A stretch of DNA of 64,000 nucleotides, taken from the NCBI GenBank assembly GCA_964430735.1, contig CAYSFB010000001.1, forward strand, positions 60,082-124,081, written 5' to 3'. This DNA comes from an uncultured Planctomycetia bacterium. GTDB taxonomy: Bacteria > Omnitrophota > Gorgyraeia > 2-02-FULL-51-18 > JAGOUK01. Both the position numbers and the translations under genes were made by a program. The notes under the pieces are model-generated. The model did not search any database, was not told the origin of the DNA, and worked only from the letters and a program-made list of their open reading frames with translations. Shown one piece after another: positions 16,911 through 26,469 of this stretch; the stretch's first letter is position 1; each line of letters starts with the position of its first letter.

Positions 16911-17683
16911 GCGGGGACTTTGGCGGCGCCGGTGCGCATCTCTCGGACTTTGAGGTAGGTCAAAAGCTGGTACATGCCGGAATTCACGGACAGAAAAAGT
17001 CCGATCACACCGTCCTTGTGGCCTTTTTTGGTCACATAGGACTTCCAGAAGCGGTCGACGGTTTTGTACAGCGTGAGGCCGAGGCCGATTTTGCGGTTTT
17101 CGCGGAACCATTTGCGGGCTTCGAGGTCGGTCTGGCGGTCGAGCTTGGCAACGATGTCGCTGAAGTCGCGGTAGGTGTAATGGATGAGGTCGCTCTTGAG
17201 CTCGCCGCGCGGGTCCTGCATGAACGCCCGCGGATGCACCTCGGCATCGTCCTCGTACTTGAACGCATCGCGGCGGAAGAACTTGAGCTGGCGCGACGGG
17301 TACATGCCGCCCCAGCGGACCCAGACGTTGCCGACGTAATTCTTGCGCGGGACACCGAAGCCGTTGCACGGCGTGCCGTCTTTGAGGACCTGGCGGATCT
17401 CCTGCTCGAGTTCGGGGGTGACGCGCTCGTCCGCGTCCAGACTGAACACCCATTCGTGGCTGGCCAGCGCATAGGCGGCGTTGCGGTGGCGGCCTTCGTT
17501 GTCCATGCGGCGGACGGTGACCTTCGCGCCGAGCGAACGCGCGAGTTCGGCCGTGCCGTCGGTGGATTCGTCGTCGACGACGATGATTTCGTCCGCCCAG
17601 GCGACGCTTTGGAGGCATTCGCGGATGCGGGAGGACTCATTTTTGGTGATGACGACGACCGAGAGGGGTGCTTTTTCGCTCAT
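16907..17683 (-). CDS. glycosyltransferase family 2, LPS-core WaaE/KdtX-like (paralog A)
   Basis: LSVVVITKNES...DDESTDGT GT2 core, 258 aa. Confidence 0.6.
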   Translation of the reverse strand: MSEKAPLSVVVITKNESSRIRECLQSVAWADEIIVVDDESTDGTAELARSLGAKVTVRRMDNEGRHRNAAYALASHEWVFSLDADERVTPELEQEIRQVLKDGTPCNGFGVPRKNYVGNVWVRWGGMYPSRQLKFFRRDAFKYEDDAEVHPRAFMQDPRGELKSDLIHYTYRDFSDIVAKLDRQTDLEARKWFRENRKIGLGLTLYKTVDRFWKSYVTKKGHKDGVIGLFLSVNSGMYQLLTYLKVREMRTGAAKVPA

Positions 17684-17699
17684 AAGAAGGACTATGTTA

Positions 17700-18782
17700 T
17701 CACAAAGATTCGGCGGTCAGCAGGGAGCGGATGGCATCCGCCGCGCGGTCCGGACGGATCAGAGTCAGGCAGCGCTTGGCGTGGGCACAGCCGGTGAAGC
17801 GGAAGGCCTGGTAGCAGGGGCGGCACGGCACGTCGGCGGTCAACACGCAGGTCGGCGCGGCCGTCTCGAGCGGCGCGTATCCCCGCTCGCTCACAGGACC
17901 GTAAATACCGACAGACGGCGTGCCGGCGAGGTTCGCCAGGTGCAGGAGCCCCCCGTCGGTTCCGACGAAGGCGCGGGCCGCGCTCAAATACCCCAGCACC
18001 GTCTCAAAAGAGGCGCCGATCACCGGCGTCACCCGGGCTCCGGCGCCGCCGGAACCCTGACACACCGCTTCGACCAGCTCCGCTTCGGACCGGGAGCCGA
18101 TCACGGCCACCGACGCGCGCGTTTCGCGGGTCAGGACACAGACGAGTTCCGCCCAGGATTCAGCCGGCCAGCGCTTGTAATGGGCGTCGCGGCCCCAGCT
18201 TTCGCCGCCGCCGGGAGCCACAACGATCCACGGACCCGGGCCGGCGGGCGCCGGCATCCGGCGCAGATCCAGCTGCGGATACTCCGGCCTGGGGCCGCAG
18301 GCCGGATCGGCGATGCGGGCCAGATCCATCGCGTAGTCGCGCGGCGACCGGTCGTCGAACCCGGTCACCGGGACGCGGTCGGTGAGCCAGAAGCCGCGGC
18401 CTTTGTAGTCCCAGCCGATCCGTCGGCGGATCCCGGCCCATTGGGCGAGAAACGCATATTCCCGGCCCATCGAAAAGTCGAGCGCCGCGTCATACCGCTC
18501 GGCGCGGAGGCGGCCGGCGAGTGCGCGGTAGGTACCGAACACGTGAAGCCAGCGGCCGGCTTTGAGATCGGTGCGGATCGCTGAACGGTCGAAGCGATGC
18601 GTCGTCCGGACGGCCGGGCACAACTTGAGGAGGTCTTCGGTGCGCTCGTTGCAAAGGTAGTCGACCGTGTGGCCCCGCCGGCGCAGCGCTTCGGCTGCGG
18701 TCAGCGAAAAAATCACGTCGCCGATCCCGAACGGATGGATCAGGAGGATCTTCAATGGATTTCTGCCGCGTTGAGCGCGCAT
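17700..18782 (-). CDS. ADP-heptose:LPS heptosyltransferase (GT9)
   Basis: Start MRAQRGRNPLKILLIHPFGIGDV at 18782, typical of GT9 (WaaC/WaaF/WaaQ) N-termini; the N-terminal extension in the track ORF is spurious. Confidence 0.7.
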   Translation of the reverse strand: MRAQRGRNPLKILLIHPFGIGDVIFSLTAAEALRRRGHTVDYLCNERTEDLLKLCPAVRTTHRFDRSAIRTDLKAGRWLHVFGTYRALAGRLRAERYDAALDFSMGREYAFLAQWAGIRRRIGWDYKGRGFWLTDRVPVTGFDDRSPRDYAMDLARIADPACGPRPEYPQLDLRRMPAPAGPGPWIVVAPGGGESWGRDAHYKRWPAESWAELVCVLTRETRASVAVIGSRSEAELVEAVCQGSGGAGARVTPVIGASFETVLGYLSAARAFVGTDGGLLHLANLAGTPSVGIYGPVSERGYAPLETAAPTCVLTADVPCRPCYQAFRFTGCAHAKRCLTLIRPDRAADAIRSLLTAESL

Positions 18783-19747
18783 TCCTGGATGGCGGCGAGG
18801 ATGGTCGACGGTTCGAATTCCTGATGTTTGGCCTGGATCGTCCGCGACGGAGCGAAGTTGGGATACACGCCCCAGCGCGCCGGCGTTGAACCTTCGACCC
18901 CGCTCACGAACAGGGCCACGGTCGGGATGCGCTGGATCCAGGCCAGATGAAACGGGCCCGAATCCGTCGAAACGACGCAATGCGCCTCCCTCAAGAGCAG
19001 CCCCAGCGCGGCGATGCCGGTGCGGCCGGTCAGATTGATGAAGCGCGACTCCCCCTCGAACGTGCGCAGCATGTCCGCGTGACGGCCGGCTTCGGCGCCG
19101 ACGACGATGACCTGATGCCGCGGCTGCTCCAACAGGCGCGCGATCACGGCGGCAAAAACGGAGGAAGGGATTTCTTTGTCCGGATTGGTGCTGGTCATGT
19201 GGAACACGATGCGCTTCTTGCCGGCGATGAGTCCCAGCGGCTCGACGAGCTCGGCGCGGCGCTGATGCATGTCGAGACCCAGGTCCATCCGGCCGTTCCA
19301 GCGCTCGGGACACAGCGCGTCGACCGCCTCGAGGTTGGAGTCGATTTCGTGCCGGCCCGACGCGGCCTTGCGGTCCTCGGTCTTGTGCGTGAGCAAAAAA
19401 CCCCACTTGCGGTTGAACCCCGCGCGGACCGGGATCCCGAGCCGGAACGCGGCCCAATGCCATTCCTTGGACGGCGCCGTCATCACGACACAGTCAAAAC
19501 GCTGGGCCCGCAGATCCCGGAGCATCGCCCGGCGCTGCCGCGCATCCTTCGGTCCGGACGGACCGTTCACGGCGATGACGCGGTTCACGTCCAGATGGTT
19601 GTGGAAGAGCGGCGCCCATGCGGAATTGCAGACCAGCGTGAGCGTCGCATGCGGATGATTCTGCTTGAGCCGGTGGATGACCGGCAGGTTCATGAGCAGG
19701 TCGCCGAGTCGGTCGGTCCGGACGAGCAGGATTTTTTTAATAGGCAT
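18752..19747 (-). CDS. ADP-heptose:LPS heptosyltransferase (GT9), second copy
   Basis: KILLVRTDRLGDLLMNLPVIHRLK GT9 N-terminus, 331 aa. Confidence 0.7.
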   Translation of the reverse strand: MPIKKILLVRTDRLGDLLMNLPVIHRLKQNHPHATLTLVCNSAWAPLFHNHLDVNRVIAVNGPSGPKDARQRRAMLRDLRAQRFDCVVMTAPSKEWHWAAFRLGIPVRAGFNRKWGFLLTHKTEDRKAASGRHEIDSNLEAVDALCPERWNGRMDLGLDMHQRRAELVEPLGLIAGKKRIVFHMTSTNPDKEIPSSVFAAVIARLLEQPRHQVIVVGAEAGRHADMLRTFEGESRFINLTGRTGIAALGLLLREAHCVVSTDSGPFHLAWIQRIPTVALFVSGVEGSTPARWGVYPNFAPSRTIQAKHQEFEPSTILAAIQECALNAAEIH

Positions 19748-21137
19748 TCTTGAAGGCGAAGAAGGTTCGGAAAAGGATTTTGACGTCCAACGCCAGCGAC
19801 CAGTTCTCGATGTAGTAGAGGTCGTACTTGGTGCGCTCCTCGATCGAGGTGTTGCCGCGCAGGCCGTGGACCTGCGCCCAGCCGGTGATGCCGGACTTGA
19901 TCCGATGGCGGCCCATGTAGCGCGGGATCGACTCGCGGAACTGGCCGACGAAGTGCGGGCGCTCGGGGCGCGGCCCCACGAGACTCATGTCCCCTTTGAA
20001 GACGTTCCAGAGCTGGGGCAGCTCGTCGAGATTCGTCTTGCGCAAAAAACCTCCGATGCGCGTGCGGCGGTCGTCGTTTTCTTTGGCCCAGACGGGGCCG
20101 GTCGCGGCTTCGGCGCCGACTTTCATGGTGCGGAACTTGAAGAGGTCGAAGGTCTTGCCGTCTTCCCCGACCCGTTCCTGGCGGTAGAAGACTGGACCCT
20201 CGGAATCGGATTTGACCCAGACGGCGATGACGGCCAGCACCGGAGAGAGCAGGACGAGGCCGGCGAGCGAAAGCAGCATGTCGGCCGCCCGCTTGATCAG
20301 GCGGTTTTCCCAATCGAGCAACGGCGACTCGCGGACCGACAACAGCGGCAGACCGTGCTCGTGGCGGACGCGCATCCGCGTCGCGATGAGACCGAGGATG
20401 TCCGGCGACCATTTGAACCCGACCAGATGTTTTTCGCAGACCATGAGCACTTGCATGATGTCGCGGTGTTCGAGCGCCGGATCCGTGATCACGACTTCGT
20501 TGATCTGTCCGTGCGCGGTCAGCACCGCGTCCAGGTCACCCACCCGGCCCAGCACCGGCAGGCGCTTGTACGCGTCGCCTTTGGCCGTCCGGTCGTCCAG
20601 AATACCGACGATGCGCGCGCACAACCTCGGCTCGGCCGCGATGCCGAGCGCAAATTTGACCGAGTCGTGGTTGGCTCCGACGAGCAGGATGTCTTTGTGC
20701 TTGCCCTTGGCGCGGCGATACCCCATGTAAGCGTAGCCGAGCGCGGTGCGGGCGGCGAGGACAAAGATCGGAATGAGGATCCAGATCACGAGGAGGTAAC
20801 CGCGCGAGAATTCGAATCCGCGGTAAAAGAACGACAGGGCGAGCAGGATGAGGAGGGTCACGGTCGACGCGCGCAGGACCAGCGAGAGTTCTTCCCAGAA
20901 CGCGAGCACCCGCTCTTCGATATACAGCGCGTATGCGCGGTACACGGCGATCATCAGGATGACGACAAGGGCGTATGTCTGGGTGTACTCCTGGGCGTCG
21001 GGCACGCCCATGGAGGCCGGCACGATTCCGCTCGTAAAGCGCAGCCAGAACGCCGCGTGAAGCGCCGCGAGGATCATGAAGATGTCGCTCACGAACAGGC
21101 TGATCGTAAAGTAAGTTTGGCGGTACCGCACTTTCAT
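19737..21137 (-). CDS. undecaprenyl-phosphate hexose-1-phosphate transferase (WbaP/WcaJ-like initiating phosphoglycosyltransferase)
   Basis: 466 aa, N-terminal TM block and a C-terminal bacterial sugar transferase domain (DELPQLWNVFKGDMSLVGPRP). Confidence 0.8.
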   Translation of the reverse strand: MKVRYRQTYFTISLFVSDIFMILAALHAAFWLRFTSGIVPASMGVPDAQEYTQTYALVVILMIAVYRAYALYIEERVLAFWEELSLVLRASTVTLLILLALSFFYRGFEFSRGYLLVIWILIPIFVLAARTALGYAYMGYRRAKGKHKDILLVGANHDSVKFALGIAAEPRLCARIVGILDDRTAKGDAYKRLPVLGRVGDLDAVLTAHGQINEVVITDPALEHRDIMQVLMVCEKHLVGFKWSPDILGLIATRMRVRHEHGLPLLSVRESPLLDWENRLIKRAADMLLSLAGLVLLSPVLAVIAVWVKSDSEGPVFYRQERVGEDGKTFDLFKFRTMKVGAEAATGPVWAKENDDRRTRIGGFLRKTNLDELPQLWNVFKGDMSLVGPRPERPHFVGQFRESIPRYMGRHRIKSGITGWAQVHGLRGNTSIEERTKYDLYYIENWSLALDVKILFRTFFAFKNAY

Positions 21138-21149
21138 AATGCGGTTATT

Positions 21150-22250
21150 TTATCTCAAATCGGGGACGTGCTGGCGGATAAAGCGGTCAAATTCGGCCCG
21201 GAACCGGGGTTCGGAAAAATATTCGGCGCGGGCACGGATGCGGGCGGAATCCCAGGCGGTGCCTTCAAATCCCCAGAGCGTGCCGACGAGGTCGTCGACG
21301 GTCAACTGGTCAAAAAAGATCCCGCTCACATTTGCGGCGACCGTTTCGAGCGCGCCGCCCTTACCGTAGGCGATCACGGGAGCGCCGCACCCCTGCGCCT
21401 CCACCGGAACGATGCCGTAGTCCTCTTCTCCTGGAAAAATCAGCGCTCGGCAGCGGCGGTAATGGTCGCGGATCTCTTCGTTGGTGGCCCAGCCCTTGAA
21501 GCTGACGGTCGGACCGGCCATCGCCTTCAGCCGTTCGAGCTCGGGGCCGGAGCCGATCACGACGAGCTTGCGGCCGAGCCGGTTACAGGCCTCAACTGCG
21601 AGATCGGGCCTCTTGTATGGCACCAGCGCCGACACAAGCAGGTAAAAATCTTCGCGCGGGACCGCCGGGTCCGGCGTATAAAATTCCAGATCCGCCGGCG
21701 GATAAATGACCGCGGCGTCGCGGCCGTAGAACTTCTGGATACGCTCGCGCACATGCTGTGAGATCGCGACGAAGTGCGTGACGTTGCGGCTCGTCGCGCG
21801 GTCCCAGCGCCGGAGCGCCGCCAGGACAAGTTTGAGAAAGGGCTTGAGAACCGGATTGAAACTGCCGAAGTACTCGTCGAAAAACAGCCACGCGTAGCGC
21901 ATCGGCGTGAAGCAATAGCTGACGTGAACTTTTCCCTTCGGTGCGCGCATGCCCTTGGCGACGCAGTGGCTGGTCGAAATCACCAGATCGCATTCCCCTT
22001 CTTTGGGATCGAGCGTGCGAACCGCCAGCGGAAACAGCGGCAGGAACCACTTGTAACGGTCGACGCCGCCGGGCAGCTTCTGGACAAAGGAGGTTCGGAT
22101 CGGCCGGGAGCGGATGAGGTCGCTGAGTTTTTCGGGCTTTGCCAAGAGTGTGCGGATGCTGCCGTCCGGATAGAGCCGGATCAGCGACTCGAGGCACTTT
22201 TCGCCGCCGCGCATGCCGTTGAGCCAGTCGTGGCAGAAGATCACCTTCAT
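21150..22250 (-). CDS. glycosyltransferase family 4 (GT-B)
   Basis: Start MKVIFCHDW at 22250 with ATGA overlap. EEDYGIVPVEAQGCGAPVIA motif (E-X7-E). Confidence 0.65.
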   Translation of the reverse strand: MKVIFCHDWLNGMRGGEKCLESLIRLYPDGSIRTLLAKPEKLSDLIRSRPIRTSFVQKLPGGVDRYKWFLPLFPLAVRTLDPKEGECDLVISTSHCVAKGMRAPKGKVHVSYCFTPMRYAWLFFDEYFGSFNPVLKPFLKLVLAALRRWDRATSRNVTHFVAISQHVRERIQKFYGRDAAVIYPPADLEFYTPDPAVPREDFYLLVSALVPYKRPDLAVEACNRLGRKLVVIGSGPELERLKAMAGPTVSFKGWATNEEIRDHYRRCRALIFPGEEDYGIVPVEAQGCGAPVIAYGKGGALETVAANVSGIFFDQLTVDDLVGTLWGFEGTAWDSARIRARAEYFSEPRFRAEFDRFIRQHVPDLR

Positions 22251-23530
22251 GGGCGGACCGCCTTTGACCCGGTGCCGGACGGCCAGACGCGCGCGATCGC
22301 GATGCCCAGCATGCACCAGAACAGCGTGCGGAGCTGCGTCGACTGGAGCAGCGATTCGAAGAGCGCATTCACCAGCAGTCCGACGGCGGACGCCAGCGCG
22401 GCCGCGCGGATCCAGCGGAGTTTTTCGGAGCCGGGCTCCTTCAGGAGGAGGGCCGATTGGCAGAGGGCGGCGGCGATGAGCGCCAGATAGAGTGTCAGTC
22501 CGATCCAGCCCGTCTCCGCCGCAAATTGCAGGTAGCTGTTGTGCGCGTACATCACGACCGGCCTGAACGAATCGGGCGGATTGAAGACCGGAAACCATTC
22601 GGAATAGGTGTTCGGGCCCAGTCCGAACCAAGGCGACTCGTGAATCATTTTGAGCACTCCGCGAATCAGGTACATGCGCTCACCGAGACTTCCCTCCAGA
22701 CTCAGCAGCTGATGCAGCCGGGACGCGATCGGCGACGGGATGAGCCAAGCGGCTGCGGCGCATCCACCCATGACTCCGAAGATCCAGCGTCGGTAAGGCA
22801 GCGTGAGCGCGAGCACGAGCATCCCCGCGCCCATCCCGATCATCGCTCCGCGCGACAACGTGCGGACCACGGCCCATCCGATGAGCGCCATGAACACAGC
22901 CGCCAGAATTGCCTGAGGCAAATTGCGGCGGCGCAGTCGCTCGACGAACAGCGAGCAGCCGAACAGCCAGCCGGGAATCAAAAACGTGCCGAAGTCGTTG
23001 CAGTGCTTGAAGGGGCCGGTGATCCGCGTGATGGAGTCCGTGTAGAGGACCGGCAGCCGGCCGCAGATGAAGTCCCGGCCCCAGAAGTCCTGTCCGATTC
23101 CGGAAAAAGCCGCCAACCCTTCGCACAGGAGGACGGTTCCCGCCGCGATCGTCCAGCGGCGATGGCCGCGCAGCACGTCCAGCGCGGCGTAGAGCGCGAG
23201 GAAGCCCCAGATGTATTTGAGCATCCCCTGTCCGGACTGCGCCGGAAAACCGTTGAGCACGATCGAGCCCGCGAGCGCGGCGGCCAGCGCCGCAAAGACG
23301 GGTGCGAACGGCAGGCGCGGCAAACCGGACGCCGACGGCCGGCGGATCCAGGAGGCTGCCAGCGCCGCGGCATACAAGACGCTGCCGATCGACGCGACGC
23401 TGATCGAGAAGGCCGCGCCAGCCAGTGTGATGCAGAAGCCGGCGAAACGGAGGCGCTCGAGCGCCCGGTCGGCCGGATGCGGTTGCGGCGCCGCCGCTTC
23501 TTCCTTACCGGGAGGACAGCACTTTTTCAT
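22247..23530 (-). CDS. O-antigen ligase / Wzy_C-domain membrane protein (WaaL-like)
   Basis: Polytopic protein with a Wzy_C-like loop YAHNSYLQFAAETGWIG. The start is uncertain: 23530 (MKKCC) or 23611. Confidence 0.6.
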   Translation of the reverse strand: MKKCCPPGKEEAAAPQPHPADRALERLRFAGFCITLAGAAFSISVASIGSVLYAAALAASWIRRPSASGLPRLPFAPVFAALAAALAGSIVLNGFPAQSGQGMLKYIWGFLALYAALDVLRGHRRWTIAAGTVLLCEGLAAFSGIGQDFWGRDFICGRLPVLYTDSITRITGPFKHCNDFGTFLIPGWLFGCSLFVERLRRRNLPQAILAAVFMALIGWAVVRTLSRGAMIGMGAGMLVLALTLPYRRWIFGVMGGCAAAAWLIPSPIASRLHQLLSLEGSLGERMYLIRGVLKMIHESPWFGLGPNTYSEWFPVFNPPDSFRPVVMYAHNSYLQFAAETGWIGLTLYLALIAAALCQSALLLKEPGSEKLRWIRAAALASAVGLLVNALFESLLQSTQLRTLFWCMLGIAIARVWPSGTGSKAVRP

Positions 23531-24662
23531 AGAGCTCGAGGGTTTGGGTTGCGGTATGGGACCATTTGAACAAATCGAATCTTTTGGCTTTTTCCAGACT
23601 CCTGCCGGCAAGCTCGAATTTGAGGCCCGTGTCGGTCAGTACCCGGAGCAGCGTCGACGCGAGCGCGGCGGCGTCTCCGGCCGGGAACGCGAGCGCGGCG
23701 TCGCCGGCGATTTCTTTGAGGACCGGGATGTCCGAAACGACGACCGGCGTTCCGGACTGCATCGCTTCGACGACCGGCAGCCCGAACCCCTCGGCGGCCG
23801 ACGGAAGCGTAAAAACGGCGGCGTGGCGGTACAGCGCTGCGAGGTCCGCGTCGTCGGCGTCCGCGACGTGGCGGATATCGGGATTCTGGAGGATGCGGGA
23901 TGCGAACCCGTGCTTCCGGTCAAAACGGGCGTCCAGCTTGCCGGCGAGGACGAGTTGCGCGCTTCGGGCGCGGGCATCTGTTTTGAGGCGGTCAAAAGCC
24001 CCGGCCAGAACATGCACCTGCTTGTGCTCGCGGATGGCGCCTACGTACAGGACGTACGGGCGGGTGGCGTCGACCCTCATCCGGCGGAGACGATCCGCGT
24101 CGTCCTGCTTCGCGGCGGGATTAAAAACGGCTTCGGCGCCTTCCCAGATGACTTTGCACTTTTTTTCCAGCCGAAGCGAGGGATAACGCTTCCGAAGCGC
24201 GTCGGCCGTCGCCTGCGACACGGTTAGGATGCCGTCCGCGCGCTTGAGCAGGCGTTTGAGCTTCCATTCGAGAATCCGGTTCGCGAACGGGAACGGCTGA
24301 TATTCGGGATAGTCGAAGTGGATGAGGTCGTGGAGCGTGACGATGAGCTTCGCAGGGCCTGCGGCGAGCGGCGCATTGAAGTGCGGCACATGCACGAGGT
24401 CCGCTCCGGCGAAGTACCGGCTCATCCCAAAGGCCTCTTCGGCCGAATAAATCCGCGCGCGGCAGTCCCGGATCTCGACGGCCGCGTCCCGTGCGGCCGC
24501 AGCCAGCGGACGCAGGCGCCCGGGGTCTCCGACCAGAATCCAGCGGAAATGCGCCGGACGGACCCGCAGCATTTCGCACAACAGGGACTCGGTGTAGCGG
24601 CCGATCCCGCCCATCCCGATCATCCGCGCATCGACGGCGACGGCCGGAGTACCGGGCTTCAT
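23505..24662 (-). CDS. glycosyltransferase family 4
   Basis: Start MKPGTPAVAV at 24662 with ATGA overlap. AEGFGLPVVEAMQSGTPVV motif. Confidence 0.65.
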   Translation of the reverse strand: MKPGTPAVAVDARMIGMGGIGRYTESLLCEMLRVRPAHFRWILVGDPGRLRPLAAAARDAAVEIRDCRARIYSAEEAFGMSRYFAGADLVHVPHFNAPLAAGPAKLIVTLHDLIHFDYPEYQPFPFANRILEWKLKRLLKRADGILTVSQATADALRKRYPSLRLEKKCKVIWEGAEAVFNPAAKQDDADRLRRMRVDATRPYVLYVGAIREHKQVHVLAGAFDRLKTDARARSAQLVLAGKLDARFDRKHGFASRILQNPDIRHVADADDADLAALYRHAAVFTLPSAAEGFGLPVVEAMQSGTPVVVSDIPVLKEIAGDAALAFPAGDAAALASTLLRVLTDTGLKFELAGRSLEKAKRFDLFKWSHTATQTLELYEKVLSSR

Positions 24663-25768
24663 GGCAGCAGAATGCGGAGCCGCGTAAACACGGCGTCCGG
24701 ATCGATGGTGTGCATGCCGGCCGGAGTGCCGGCGATCACTTCGGCGCGGGGGCTCAAGGGACGCCATTCCGCCGGGTTGTTGACGAGACTGAAGAGAACC
24801 AGGGTCGGCACGGCGCAGGCGGCGGCGACATGCGCGGGTCCGGAATCGTGCGTGACCAGCAGGTCGCACATGCGCAGGAGCGTGCCGAGCTCGCCCAGAT
24901 TCAGCTGATGGCAGATCACGATCGAGCGCTCCCGGTCCTTGGGCTCGAGCAGCGACAGGACGATGCGCGCGCGGTCGTCCGCGTCCCGGTCGCCGATCCA
25001 CAGAATGCGGGCGGACGTTTCCCTGGAGACGCGCTCGGTGAGGCGCTTCCAATGGTCTTCGGGCCACCGCTTGGAATCGTGGCCCGCTCCGATGTGGAAC
25101 GCGATCCAGGGTTCATTTTTTTCTTCCGGCAACAGGTCGCGCACCCGGCGGTTGAGCGGCTGGCCGGCGATGGCCGCGTCGATCGTGAGGGGTCCGGCGG
25201 GAACCGCGACATCCAAAAAAGTGAAGTTCTTGAGCGCCGCGTGCCGGGCCGGATCGTACGACGGGACATGGTCCGCCAGGAATCCCCCGCCCGTGATTCC
25301 ATAGCCTTCGATCCAGGCGCCGGGCAGCGCGCGGCGCGCGGACCACAAATGACGCACGTCGCCGCGCAGGTCCACGACGGCGTCGGCATCGATCTTCTTG
25401 AGCAGCACGCGCAGGTCGCGCATCGCCTGGAGAATCCCCCGGTCGCCCGAGAACCACGGCGCGTCGAACACGCGCACGTCGGCGAGGCCCGGCACGCATT
25501 TTAGGAGCGCCTGACCGGCGGACGTGGTGATGAAGCTGATCCGGGCGAGCGGATAGCGGCGGCGGAGCGCCTGGAGGAACGGGACAGCCAGCACGATATC
25601 GCCGATCTGGTCGACGCGGATCACGGCGATATGCGCGAAGGCCTGCGGGCGGGGTTGCGGCTTGCGGCGGCCGAGGACGAGGGGCGCCCAGCGGTCGAAG
25701 ACGGAGGCAAAAAAACGGAGGCGGCCTTTGCGATAAATGTACGGTTGGGCCGGCGCGGGAGCACTCAC
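24659..25768 (-). CDS. ADP-heptose:LPS heptosyltransferase (GT9), third copy
   Basis: IAVIRVDQIGDIVLAVPFLQALR N-terminus; C-terminal HDSGPAHVAAACAVPTLVLF block. Confidence 0.65.
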   Translation of the reverse strand: MSAPAPAQPYIYRKGRLRFFASVFDRWAPLVLGRRKPQPRPQAFAHIAVIRVDQIGDIVLAVPFLQALRRRYPLARISFITTSAGQALLKCVPGLADVRVFDAPWFSGDRGILQAMRDLRVLLKKIDADAVVDLRGDVRHLWSARRALPGAWIEGYGITGGGFLADHVPSYDPARHAALKNFTFLDVAVPAGPLTIDAAIAGQPLNRRVRDLLPEEKNEPWIAFHIGAGHDSKRWPEDHWKRLTERVSRETSARILWIGDRDADDRARIVLSLLEPKDRERSIVICHQLNLGELGTLLRMCDLLVTHDSGPAHVAAACAVPTLVLFSLVNNPAEWRPLSPRAEVIAGTPAGMHTIDPDAVFTRLRILLP

Positions 25769-25778
25769 GCGAAAAAAC

Positions 25779-26468
25779 TCACAAAGACAGACGGAGCTTG
25801 AATAACGTCCAGATCGCCTTCACGCCGTCCAGCCAGGTGATTTTTTTGCCCTGGGCGTAATTGCGGCCGCGGTAGGAAACCGGCACCTCGACGATGCGCG
25901 CGCGGGATTTGAGCAGCTTGCAGGTGATTTCGACTTCGATTTCGAAGCCGTCCGAAACGAGTCCGAGTCCCTGCAATTCGCGGGTGCGGAACATTTTGTA
26001 GCACGTTTCGAGATCGGTCAGCCGGCCGTTGAACAAAACGTTTCCGGTCGCGGTGATGAACCAGTTGACCAGGTAGTGCAGGGCGTTGGTGACTTTTTTG
26101 CCGGACAGGAATCGGGAGCCGTAGACCACCTGCGTCCCGGGGCGTTCGAAAGCGGCGAGCAGCGCCGCGTAGTCGCGCGGATCGTATTCCAGGTCCGCAT
26201 CCTGGATGAGCGCGTACTCTCCTCGTGCGGCGGCGATGCCGGTTCGGACGGCGGCGCCCTTGCCGCGGTTCTTGGGATGCTCCAAGTAGACGATGTTGGA
26301 ATGCTTCGGAAGAATTTTTTCGCGGATCACCCGGTCGGAGGCATCCGCGGATCCGTCGTTGACGATGATGAGCTCCATGTCGATGGCGACCGAAGTCACC
26401 GCCGCGACGATCTCCTCGACGTGGCTTTCTTCGTTAAAAACCGGAATGATTACGGATAAACGGGGCAT
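25779..26468 (-). CDS. GT2 polyprenyl-phosphate sugar synthase (DPM1/GtrB/ArnC-like)
   Basis: Start MPRLSVIIPVFNEE at 26468. DxD motif IQDADLEYDP. About 230 aa, with no TM C-terminal extension. Confidence 0.6.
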   Translation of the reverse strand: MPRLSVIIPVFNEESHVEEIVAAVTSVAIDMELIIVNDGSADASDRVIREKILPKHSNIVYLEHPKNRGKGAAVRTGIAAARGEYALIQDADLEYDPRDYAALLAAFERPGTQVVYGSRFLSGKKVTNALHYLVNWFITATGNVLFNGRLTDLETCYKMFRTRELQGLGLVSDGFEIEVEITCKLLKSRARIVEVPVSYRGRNYAQGKKITWLDGVKAIWTLFKLRLSL

Positions 26469-26469
26469 T

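Noticed and set aside
16113-17618. 501-aa ORF spanning two GT2 genes, and similar long N-terminal extensions in the ORF track (17700-19463, 21150-22631, 23505-25067, 25779-26864, 26470-27828, 32255-33922, 33190-34194, 38210-40015, 44121-45446, 44849-46564, 48453-49163, 48898-50076, 55106-56041)
   Set aside because: The extensions are Arg/Pro-rich, overlap the upstream gene in another frame, and precede an internal Met or alternative start sitting 1-4 nt from the upstream stop where the conserved N-terminal motifs begin. The genes were therefore trimmed to those starts.
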